A stretch of DNA of 64,000 nucleotides from positions 7,474 to 71,473 of the forward strand of contig SACF01000016.1 of assembly GCA_009928665.1 (NCBI GenBank), given 5' to 3'. Position 1 is the stretch's first letter. The number at the start of each line of letters is the position of its first letter. This document shows positions 26,598 to 35,077 of the stretch, piece by piece. This DNA comes from Alphaproteobacteria bacterium (GTDB taxonomy: Bacteria; Bacteroidota; Bacteroidia; Bacteroidales; FEN-979). The notes under the pieces were generated by a model. That model was given only the letters and a program-made list of their open reading frames with translations, was not told where the DNA came from and did no database searches. The position numbers and the translations under genes were made by a program.

Positions 26598-28868
26598 ATG
26601 CGACACCTGAATTCTCTCCTGATCCTGATTCTCTTTTTTGTGGTCGGTTGCGGCGACAAGGGTCATGACATCATGAACCTGAAGATGCTTCACGGCGGGA
26701 AAACCTTTGCCGTGCCTACCGGGACGGTTGCCGATCAGTTCGTGTTGAAAAAATATCCCGACGCCGTGATCGAGTATTACAACAGCGTACTCGATTGTGC
26801 CATTGCTGTAAGGGATGAGAAGGCTGATGCGGCCGTGTACGACCTTCCGATCCTGATGAATATTGCCGCCAAGAACGAGGGGTTGCGGGTGCTGCCTGAA
26901 TTGCTTTTCGACGACCAGTATGGTTTTGCCGTGCAGCTTCAAAACAATTCCCTGAAGGGGGTCATCGATGAAGTGTTGGCCGAAATCCGGAAGAATGGCA
27001 CTTACGAAGATATGACGCGTCGCTGGTTTCCTTCCAGAGGAAATCCCGCTCCTATGCCCGAGATACCTATGCCTGGAACCAACGGCGTACTTCGGTTCGG
27101 AACCGCTGCGGTTACCGAGCCGATGTCGTTTTACGACAGTTCGCGCCGGGTCGTGGGTTTTGATATTGAGTTTGCCTCTCGCATAGCGGCAAAACTTGGC
27201 AAGAGCCTTGAAATCGTCGACATGGAATTCGGTGCGATGTTGCCGGCTTTGATTGCCGGGAAGGTGGATATGATCGGGGCCGGGCTGTCGATTACGAAGG
27301 AACGGGCCAAGACCGTGCTCTTTTCACAAAGCTATTACAAAAGCGGAATCGCGGTGATGGTTGCCGGAGACCAGCTACCCGTTACGACTCCGGCTCCTGA
27401 TGTGATGAAATCGCTGGAGGATATGAAAACCAAGCGTATCGGGGTGTTGCTGGGCAGCGTTCACGACACCTATGCTACCAAGAACTTTCCGCAGGCGGTC
27501 GTTCTCGAATACCAGAACATCTCCGACATGCTGTTCGCGCTGAATTCCGACAAAACGGATGTGGCCTTTTATGATCATGAATCGCTGAAGGATGTTTTCA
27601 GGAAAAATGAGGCCCTCGGCATCCTCCTCCCCAATCTCTTTACTGTTCCGATCGGCGCGGGTTTTAACCAGGAGAATGACCGGTTACGCGAATCCTTTAA
27701 CGCGTTTTTGAAAGAGATTAAGGAACAGGGTATTTATAATGACATGGTCGACCGATGGATGAAGAAGGGTATCGAGGTGATGCCAGAAATTAAAACCAGC
27801 GGCAGAAACGGTCAGCTCAGGGCCGGTGTCGTGAGCGACCTGGGTATGCCCTTCAGCCTGATGAAAGAGGGACGACTGGTTGGATTCGACATTGAGCTTT
27901 CGACACGTTTTGCCGCCTCGCTAGGAAAGGAGATGGTCCCCGTTGATCTTCAGTTCGGAAGCCTGCTTGCTTCGGTTTCCACCAACAAGATTGATATCAT
28001 CACCAGTTCGCTGATGATCACCGATGAGCGGAAGAAACAGATCGATTTCTCCGATCCCTATTACGAGTCGGGTGTGAGCGTCATTGCCCGGAAGGACAGA
28101 ATGGGACAGGTTGTGGCAGAGAACAGCGCTGCCGGACAGCAACGGTCGGGAATCGGCCGGTTATGGACGAAGATCAGCGACAGTTTCTACAGCAACATCC
28201 TGCTCGAAAAAAGATACCTCCACATTATCGACGGACTTAAAGTAACCATCATCATCAGCCTGCTGGCGGCAATCCTGGGAACCCTGATCGGCGGCCTGGT
28301 TTGCTTCATGCGGATGTCGAAGAACCGCTTTCTTTCGGGTTTTGCCGGCTTTTATATCATGCTCCTGAGGGGAATGCCGGTACTCGTGCTGCTGATGATC
28401 ATCTATTACATAGTTTTTGCCTCCGTGAACATCGATCCGGTTTTTGTTTCGGTGATCGCTTTCGGACTGAATTTCGGAGCCTATGTTTCCGAGATGTTCC
28501 GGACTTCGCTCGAGAGCATTGATAAAGGGCAGAAGGAGGCTGCCATTGCCGGAGGGTTCACCCGGGTGCAGACCTTCTGGTACATCCTGTTGCCCCAGGC
28601 GCTCCGTTCCATCTTACCGGTTTACAAGGGAGAATTCATCTCTCTTTTGAAAATGACCTCGATCGTCGGCTATATCGCGGTTCAGGACCTGACCAAAGCG
28701 AGCGATATCATCCGAAGCAGGACTTTCGATGCATTTTTCCCACTTTTCATGGTGGCAATCATTTACCTCGCGTTGGCCTGGCTGATGGCCTGGTTGCTCG
28801 GGAGGATTGAAATTTCGGTCAAACCTAAAAGAACACGCGTTCAATCAGGAAAGGAGGGAAGGGTATGA
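26598..28868 (+). CDS. amino-acid ABC transporter: lipoprotein signal, substrate-binding lobes and permease fused in one polypeptide
   Basis: Lipobox FFVVGC. SBP_bac_3-type motifs appear four times, and a C-terminal polar-amino-acid permease follows with the EAA loop (KGQKEAAIAGGFTRVQTFWYILLPQA). Confidence 0.9.
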   Translation: MRHLNSLLILILFFVVGCGDKGHDIMNLKMLHGGKTFAVPTGTVADQFVLKKYPDAVIEYYNSVLDCAIAVRDEKADAAVYDLPILMNIAAKNEGLRVLPELLFDDQYGFAVQLQNNSLKGVIDEVLAEIRKNGTYEDMTRRWFPSRGNPAPMPEIPMPGTNGVLRFGTAAVTEPMSFYDSSRRVVGFDIEFASRIAAKLGKSLEIVDMEFGAMLPALIAGKVDMIGAGLSITKERAKTVLFSQSYYKSGIAVMVAGDQLPVTTPAPDVMKSLEDMKTKRIGVLLGSVHDTYATKNFPQAVVLEYQNISDMLFALNSDKTDVAFYDHESLKDVFRKNEALGILLPNLFTVPIGAGFNQENDRLRESFNAFLKEIKEQGIYNDMVDRWMKKGIEVMPEIKTSGRNGQLRAGVVSDLGMPFSLMKEGRLVGFDIELSTRFAASLGKEMVPVDLQFGSLLASVSTNKIDIITSSLMITDERKKQIDFSDPYYESGVSVIARKDRMGQVVAENSAAGQQRSGIGRLWTKISDSFYSNILLEKRYLHIIDGLKVTIIISLLAAILGTLIGGLVCFMRMSKNRFLSGFAGFYIMLLRGMPVLVLLMIIYYIVFASVNIDPVFVSVIAFGLNFGAYVSEMFRTSLESIDKGQKEAAIAGGFTRVQTFWYILLPQALRSILPVYKGEFISLLKMTSIVGYIAVQDLTKASDIIRSRTFDAFFPLFMVAIIYLALAWLMAWLLGRIEISVKPKRTRVQSGKEGRV

Positions 28869-29947
28869 TACGGGTCGATAACCTTTCAAAACACTTCGGT
28901 TCGCTGGTCGTTTTACGCGACATAACCACAGAGATTAAAAAGGGTGAAATTATTTCGGTCATAGGTCCGTCGGGCACCGGTAAGAGTACCTTCCTGCGTT
29001 GTCTGAATTTACTGGAAACACCGACGGGGGGAGCCATCTTCATCGACGGGATCCCGGTTCTCGATAAGCACACCAACGTGCCGGAGATTCGCCGGCGGAT
29101 GGGCATGGTGTTTCAGTCGTTCAACCTTTACGCACACCTTACCGTGATCGGAAACCTGACCATCGGGCCTGTAAAATTGCTTGGAAAGTCAAAACAGGAG
29201 GCCGAATCCAAAGCAATTGAACTCCTGAAGCTGGTTGGCCTTGCTGAAAAGGCGGAGGCCTATCCCGACGAGTTATCGGGCGGGCAGAAGCAACGCGTTG
29301 CCATCGCCCGCTGCATGGCCATGGAACCTGAGATTTTACTGTTTGATGAACCCACCTCCGCCCTCGATCCTACCATGGTGAGCGAAGTGCTCGCCGTGAT
29401 CCGCCGTTTGTCGCGTGAGGGGATGACCATGATCATCGTCACGCACGAGATGGAGTTCGCACACACCATCTCAAGCCGGGTGTTTTACATGGACGAAGGA
29501 ATTATTTACGAGGAGGGTACTGCGCAGCAGATTTTCGAAAATCCGCAAAAAGAAAAGACCAGGGCCTTCATCAACCGCGTTCGCAGCTTGAATTACCATA
29601 TTCAAAGTCGCGATTACGACCTCTATGCCCTGCAAGGCGAGATAGCGGCATTTTGTGAGAAACATCTCGTGGGAGCCAAAGCAACCGGACACGTTATCCA
29701 TATTACGGAGGAGGTACTAATCCTTCAGCGGGAATTTCATGATGTCGATATCCGGCTTGCCTGGTCGGAAAAAGAGGAATTCCTGCAACTGACCTGTGAA
29801 AGCGCCGGTCCGTCTTTCAATCCCCTAGACGAGGAGGCAGTCGAAGACGATCTTCCGGTACGATTGATCAGGGCGCGGTGCAGTGAGGTCGATTATCTTT
29901 ACAGGGATGGCAAAAATGTTCTGATCTTGAAAATGAAAGGGGAATGA
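28865..29947 (+). CDS. amino-acid ABC transporter ATP-binding protein with ~115-aa C-terminal extension
   Basis: Walker A GPSGTGKST, signature LSGGQKQRVAIARC, Walker B ILLFDEPTSALD. The ATGA overlap with the permease stop suggests translational coupling. Confidence 0.9.
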   Translation: MIRVDNLSKHFGSLVVLRDITTEIKKGEIISVIGPSGTGKSTFLRCLNLLETPTGGAIFIDGIPVLDKHTNVPEIRRRMGMVFQSFNLYAHLTVIGNLTIGPVKLLGKSKQEAESKAIELLKLVGLAEKAEAYPDELSGGQKQRVAIARCMAMEPEILLFDEPTSALDPTMVSEVLAVIRRLSREGMTMIIVTHEMEFAHTISSRVFYMDEGIIYEEGTAQQIFENPQKEKTRAFINRVRSLNYHIQSRDYDLYALQGEIAAFCEKHLVGAKATGHVIHITEEVLILQREFHDVDIRLAWSEKEEFLQLTCESAGPSFNPLDEEAVEDDLPVRLIRARCSEVDYLYRDGKNVLILKMKGE

Positions 29948-29954
29948 GCAGGTA

Positions 29955-30386
29955 TCAGAGGATTGCTTTAAAATAAAGATCGATCGAACTTTTAATTTCT
30001 GCCTGAGTCGAGCAATTTTTCACGACGAGCCCGTTGCATCCTGCGATCATGGCCGAAAGGCGTGTGCCGGTTCCGGGATGGAAGAGACAGAGAATCTTTT
30101 TTTGAAGCTGCAGGGCGGTCGCGATCTCGAATCCCACACCCAGGCTTGGACTGGTCACCTCCGCTACGACGACATCAGCGCTTTCCAGCCACTCCAGGTC
30201 GCGCCCGAAGATCTCCCGGTCGGTCATTGCTGACTCGCCGGCGGCGGTGAGTTTCTCATTGCCGATATGTTCCGTGAGCACCCGCCCGTACTCCTGCAGA
30301 TACCGGATGATATCCCGGTATCGTTCAGTATTGCCCCGTCCTCCCCGGATGGAACCGGCAAAATAGATCTTCAGGTTGCCTTTCAT
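29955..30386 (-). CDS. nucleoside 2-deoxyribosyltransferase-like / DNPH1 (RCL)-like N-glycosidase
   Basis: KIYFAGSIRGGR...YGRVLTEHIG matches my recollection of the DNPH1 family pattern. Confidence 0.75.
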   Translation of the reverse strand: MKGNLKIYFAGSIRGGRGNTERYRDIIRYLQEYGRVLTEHIGNEKLTAAGESAMTDREIFGRDLEWLESADVVVAEVTSPSLGVGFEIATALQLQKKILCLFHPGTGTRLSAMIAGCNGLVVKNCSTQAEIKSSIDLYFKAIL

Positions 30387-30411
30387 TCAGCTATATGATT
30401 CATACTGCATT

Positions 30412-30657
30412 TTAAACCGAGAGGAACGACTTTTTATAATTGAAAACCTGTTCCGGATCGGTATAAAGCAAAATTAGGAAAAATCGGGATGTGACTTTTT
30501 GCTGTTTGATCCAATACGAAGGAGAAAATTTAAGGATTTCTGCTTCACCGGTGTCATTGCACGCCTCAATTTGCATTTTTTGCAACCGGTCTGAAAAAAC
30601 CTCGGTCAAACCGTCAAAGGGTTGCAATTTCTGCAATTCCGGCGTTGTTCCCGGCAA
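30412..30657 (-). CDS. possible small hypothetical protein (81 aa)
   Basis: The ORF ends 25 nt upstream of the DNPH1-like start on the same strand. I recognise no motifs and it could be non-coding. Confidence 0.25.
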   Translation of the reverse strand: MPGTTPELQKLQPFDGLTEVFSDRLQKMQIEACNDTGEAEILKFSPSYWIKQQKVTSRFFLILLYTDPEQVFNYKKSFLSV

Positions 30658-30731
30658 TTTTCAGTTTCAATTTCCGGGTTCACGGGTGTTATTTTGTCTC
30701 GTCAATGCAACCATCCAAAACCCGCTGCGTT

Positions 30732-31409
30732 ATGAAAACAAAAACATTATTATCCGTATTCCTGGGCATCCTGATGATGTCCGGGTCACTGAGTTTCGGC
30801 CAGAATGTACAGGATAGCGTCCTGATTTCACGAGCCCGGCGACTTTTGCTGAAAGCCAATGTTATGAATGGGATCTCCATTGGAATGGGAGTGGCGAGTA
30901 ATGTGGAAATGGCGCTTATCGGCGGGTTCCCGCTGGAATATGAGAATGGTTTAAATGTGGTTGTCAATATGTCGCATATGGTGCTGGCCACAAGCAGGCT
31001 CACTTTTTCCTTGTTCCCGCCGATCATGGTCGGCAGGGCTTCAACGATCCTTCGTCCTTTGAGGAATTCAGCCAGGCCGGAATATGTAGAATTCTTCCGG
31101 ACACTTGATGCAGCCCAGACTCTGACCATCATGGCTCCCGTGCTTTGCCTCTCCGGAGGCATCATGATGGCGGTTGCCGCCACCAACATGGATGCAGGTA
31201 CGAATTATGATACCTATCACCGTACCTTAAAAAATCCCTCCCTGAAAACTGCCGGTTGGATCCTGGTCGGGGCCGGTCTGGCCGCCTCCGTGGCAGGAAC
31301 CATCCTGACCGGGAACGCGCGGGCGGCTCTGGGGAAAAAAGCGGGAAACCTGCAGTTGACATCGGGCGCCGATGGCATCGGATTGTCCTATAATTTTCCG
31401 ACAAAGTAA
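30732..31409 (+). CDS. hypothetical membrane protein
   Basis: I place the start at MKTKTLLSVFLGILMMSGSLSFGQ (signal peptide, ATG 30732). Several hydrophobic segments follow. Confidence 0.55.
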   Translation: MKTKTLLSVFLGILMMSGSLSFGQNVQDSVLISRARRLLLKANVMNGISIGMGVASNVEMALIGGFPLEYENGLNVVVNMSHMVLATSRLTFSLFPPIMVGRASTILRPLRNSARPEYVEFFRTLDAAQTLTIMAPVLCLSGGIMMAVAATNMDAGTNYDTYHRTLKNPSLKTAGWILVGAGLAASVAGTILTGNARAALGKKAGNLQLTSGADGIGLSYNFPTK

Positions 31410-31472
31410 GATTTGGCAGATTTTCTGTTCCGATTTCTGTTATCTTTACAAGCTAACAGGATCTGAAAAAAC

Positions 31473-33140
31473 ATGAACTCAAAATCTGCCCGCTTTTTCT
31501 CCTTCACAATGGCAGCACTGTTATGCTGCCTGGTTGGTCCCGTTCCGGCGCACTCCCAAACGATTCCGCCGCTCAACATGGTCATCTGGGATACCTCCGC
31601 GACACAGGGATACTATTTTCTGATCCCCTATACCAACTCGCCACCTTATACCTACAACAACAACATGCTGATCCTTGACCACGTCGGAAGGGTGGTTTTT
31701 TACAGGTATGTGGAGGATAGTCCCGGAGCCTACCAGATCATCGATTTCAAGATTCAGCCGGATGGACGGATGAGCTATTTCAACCTTCCTAAAATGAGGT
31801 TCTATCTCATGGACAGCACCTTCATGGTAGTGGATTCAATCGAATGCCTTCATGGATTCACAACCGATCAGCACGATTTACAGATCATTCCGGGCGGGCA
31901 CTACCTGCTCTTCGGAACGGAGACCCGGATTATGAATCTTTCCTCCTATCATTGGTTTGGCTTCAACCATACCCAGCCGGGATCGGCTTCCGCCCAGGTG
32001 ATGGGTGTGGTGATCCAGGAATTTGACGAAAATAAAAACCTGGTCTGGGAGTGGAAAGGTCACGATCATTACCAGTTTGGCGATGTGAACCAAACCTGGC
32101 TGATGAATCCCAATAAAGTCGATTGGACTCATGCCAACGCCGTGGAGTGCGACCAGGACGGCAACGTCCTTTTATCATTGCGTCATTTCAACGAGATCAC
32201 GAAAATAAGCCGAACCAGCGGGAATATCATCTGGAGGTTCGGAGGGAAACAGAACCAGTTCCAATTTTTAAATGATACCGTGCGATTCACAGGTCAGCAT
32301 GACATCAGGCGGGTATCGCCAACCAACATCACCCTGTTCGACAACGGACAGTACACCAATCCTCGGATGTGCAGGGCACTGGAGTACCAGCTCGATGAAA
32401 CTGCCTTGACTGCTGCCCTGGTATGGGACTATGTTTACGACAGTTCGATGTACAGCGGCGCCTGCGGGAGTTTTCAAACTCTTGAAAACGGAAACCGGAT
32501 CATTGATTTTGGGTTTACCAACAGTGGCTACCCCTGGATGGTTGCGGTGAAGCCCGACCGGTCGACCATTGCTGAAATGTGGTATCCGTCGGGTTATTCC
32601 AGTTACCGGTCGTTCAACTACCCGCAGCTTCCGTGGCAGTTACACCGGCCCGTGATCGAATGCAGGAAAACCGGCGGGAACTATTACCTGGACGCCGATC
32701 CCGGTTACGATTCGTACAGCTGGTCGACCGGCGACACCACGACTTCCATCCAGATTAACGATACCGGGACCTACTGGGTTTTTGTACCGTATGGCACCGG
32801 TTTCATCAGCTCAGAACCAATCACGGTAACCGATCCGCTTCATCCGTGCGTCCCCGTCGGAATAGCGTCCACTCCCGGGTCGGATGGGGTTGAAGCCATG
32901 TGCCTGCCGAACCCGGCAACCGATCGGATCCGGATCCTCTTCGACCTGCCGGCGCCGGCGGCTGTGTGCCTTGCATTGACCGACCTGCTTGGTAAAACGG
33001 TGCAAATCAATAGTACTGCGAACTATTCTTCAGGCCGTCATGAACAAAGTTTTGACGTTTCAAGCCTGCCCGGCGGCATCTATATCGTTTCACTGACGAC
33101 GGAGCGTGAACAGATAATCCGGAAGGTGGTCATTCGCTAA
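31473..33140 (+). CDS. arylsulfotransferase (ASST)-like beta-propeller protein with T9SS C-terminal sorting domain
   Basis: WTHANAVECDQDGNVLLSLRHFNEITKISRTSGNIIWRFGG resembles the ASST family. The C-terminus CLPNPATDRIRILFDL...GIYIVSLT...KVVIR is CTD-like. Confidence 0.75.
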   Translation: MNSKSARFFSFTMAALLCCLVGPVPAHSQTIPPLNMVIWDTSATQGYYFLIPYTNSPPYTYNNNMLILDHVGRVVFYRYVEDSPGAYQIIDFKIQPDGRMSYFNLPKMRFYLMDSTFMVVDSIECLHGFTTDQHDLQIIPGGHYLLFGTETRIMNLSSYHWFGFNHTQPGSASAQVMGVVIQEFDENKNLVWEWKGHDHYQFGDVNQTWLMNPNKVDWTHANAVECDQDGNVLLSLRHFNEITKISRTSGNIIWRFGGKQNQFQFLNDTVRFTGQHDIRRVSPTNITLFDNGQYTNPRMCRALEYQLDETALTAALVWDYVYDSSMYSGACGSFQTLENGNRIIDFGFTNSGYPWMVAVKPDRSTIAEMWYPSGYSSYRSFNYPQLPWQLHRPVIECRKTGGNYYLDADPGYDSYSWSTGDTTTSIQINDTGTYWVFVPYGTGFISSEPITVTDPLHPCVPVGIASTPGSDGVEAMCLPNPATDRIRILFDLPAPAAVCLALTDLLGKTVQINSTANYSSGRHEQSFDVSSLPGGIYIVSLTTEREQIIRKVVIR

Positions 33141-33163
33141 AATAGCGCTCGCCGCAGGCTATT
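33141..33163. terminator. weak candidate bidirectional hairpin between convergent genes
   Basis: AATAGC-N11-GCTATT is flanked by A and T residues. The stem is only 6 bp, and its 3' arm contains the stop of the minus-strand gene. Confidence 0.3.
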
Positions 33164-34220
33164 TTCCATAGATCATGGTAAACAGCCCGATGTTTTCGTC
33201 GGCATAACACATCGAATCACAAAGACAATTAAATTCCTTTCCCAAACCCCGGGTGAAAACATCATGCCACTGGGATCTGAGCATGTGGTAATCGCTGCGT
33301 TTTCCGCGAGGCTGCGTAAAGAAATAGACCGCCTCCGACATCAGGAACCGGTCGATGCTGGCAAGGGCGAGCTGTACCGGTGCGTCAAATGCGAAAATGG
33401 CATCCATTAAACTGCCGTACGACTGGTACACCGAAAGCGCCAGTTCGGGGCTGTGCAGGTCGGGTGTATCGTTGTTGGCGTCGAGTTCGTAAAGGATGAA
33501 AAAGTCGATATGCCGGCCCAATCGTGTCAGGTGAAGGAGTTTGGTTTCATATGGCATGTGATGATAGGCTAACGAGGCAAGGGCAATATCATAGGTTCCT
33601 TCCATTTGTTCCGTGAAATCTTCGATGCGTGAATGAATGACCCTGACGGTAGCTTCGGGAAAGGCTGCAGCCGCGTTTTCACGCGCAAGCCGGAGCATAC
33701 CCTCTGAAGGATCGATCAGCAGAATCTCGCCAACCGCACCAATCCGGCCCGACTGCTGAAGTTCTTTCAGCAGATCTACCAGGATTTTCCCATGACCGCA
33801 TCCTATATCCATGATCCGCAGGGGTTTGGTGAACGAAGGAAGGGTGTGAACGCAGTGGATTCGGAATTGGACCCTCGAATCTGCAATAACCGGTGTATTT
33901 GCGAAATGGATGTAAGGTTCCGGGTCGGAGAAAATTGCTTCGGGAATCACCAGCCTACCCCCGTTGCGTCCCAGGTAGCTTGCAAGAAAAGCATTCGAGA
34001 AGAGAGCGCCCTGTTCGCCTTCCATACCCGCGCGGATCCATTCGAGACCTTGTGAATTCATGTTTTCCGAGAGCAACCAGGTCCCGGTATAGTAATGAAA
34101 TGCGGGTATCAATCCGGGACGGACCATACCGTTCACCTTCGTTGGATTTCCGCCGGTTGATACAATACGCTGTGCGAGGGATTTCCATTCCCCGGATTCT
34201 TTTTCATTGAGATAGATCAT
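33159..34220 (-). CDS. class I SAM-dependent methyltransferase with ~130-aa N-terminal extension
   Basis: Motif I LRIMDIGCGHGKIL, with an acidic post-I motif LLIDPSEGML. Confidence 0.7.
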   Translation of the reverse strand: MIYLNEKESGEWKSLAQRIVSTGGNPTKVNGMVRPGLIPAFHYYTGTWLLSENMNSQGLEWIRAGMEGEQGALFSNAFLASYLGRNGGRLVIPEAIFSDPEPYIHFANTPVIADSRVQFRIHCVHTLPSFTKPLRIMDIGCGHGKILVDLLKELQQSGRIGAVGEILLIDPSEGMLRLARENAAAAFPEATVRVIHSRIEDFTEQMEGTYDIALASLAYHHMPYETKLLHLTRLGRHIDFFILYELDANNDTPDLHSPELALSVYQSYGSLMDAIFAFDAPVQLALASIDRFLMSEAVYFFTQPRGKRSDYHMLRSQWHDVFTRGLGKEFNCLCDSMCYADENIGLFTMIYGK

Positions 34221-34271
34221 GGTTCAGAGTCATTGGTTTGGGAGGAATAATCAAAAAAAGTTTACGTAAAA

Positions 34272-34967
34272 TTACTTTTTTTTATGTAGCAGCTCATCAA
34301 GACATACTCCGACCCTGATCTCTGCACGGAAACCAGTCCAGTCGGTCGTATAGGATTTTATTAGCGTAACGGAGTCACTTTTGATCTCGCCCTTTTTATC
34401 CCACAGGTAGCCAAAGTCGGCCCCGAATTTCAAAAAGCGCCAGGAATAGGAGACTATCAGCCCGGGTTTGATGTAATAACTGTCGGAATAATAGGAATTG
34501 TCATACTCAACCACGGTTCCCCAAGCTTCCAGATATTCTTCAGTCTTCATGGATGTATAAAGATATCCGATGTTCAGGCTGAGTTCGGCGTCGAAATGTC
34601 CCAGCTTTAAGATCCGGAAGGCGTTGACCATTCCGAACGCGTGTCCGCTCAGGAGTTCGTCAAAATGGTAGGCGCCGGAGTAATCGGACGTGGAGATCCT
34701 GCTCGCGGTGGAGTTATAGTCGTATTCAAACCCGAGGGAATAAATTCCGAAGCCGCACCGGAGATATCCACCGAAGCTGAACCAGGAGGGAAATTCGGTC
34801 ACAACGCGGGCTTCGAAAGGCAGATCCTGATTGCTGCGTTCCAGATCTGATTTCAGATCCTTCATGGCAAAAGTACTGAACCCTGCTTTGACCCCGGTTT
34901 CCCATTTCTGGGCATAGGTCCAGGTACACACCATCAACAGAAATAATGAAAACATCATTTTTTTCAT
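34272..34967 (-). CDS. hypothetical outer-membrane beta-barrel protein
   Basis: Signal peptide MKKMMFSLFLLMVCTWTYAQ, alternating amphipathic strands, and an aromatic-rich C-terminal region. Confidence 0.55.
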   Translation of the reverse strand: MKKMMFSLFLLMVCTWTYAQKWETGVKAGFSTFAMKDLKSDLERSNQDLPFEARVVTEFPSWFSFGGYLRCGFGIYSLGFEYDYNSTASRISTSDYSGAYHFDELLSGHAFGMVNAFRILKLGHFDAELSLNIGYLYTSMKTEEYLEAWGTVVEYDNSYYSDSYYIKPGLIVSYSWRFLKFGADFGYLWDKKGEIKSDSVTLIKSYTTDWTGFRAEIRVGVCLDELLHKKK

Positions 34968-35077
34968 GCTGCTAATTTTTTTCGGTTACAGGATAATCCC
35001 TGCTCATCATATTCGCTTTAGTTGGCATGTTTATGAAAATGCAGGGGATTTCGATTAATGGAACACCGGAACTTACA

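Noticed and set aside
30491-30817. 108-aa plus-strand ORF in the DNPH1/membrane-protein spacer.
   Set aside because: It overlaps, out of frame, the better-supported start (signal peptide at 30732) of the downstream gene, and it has no motif.
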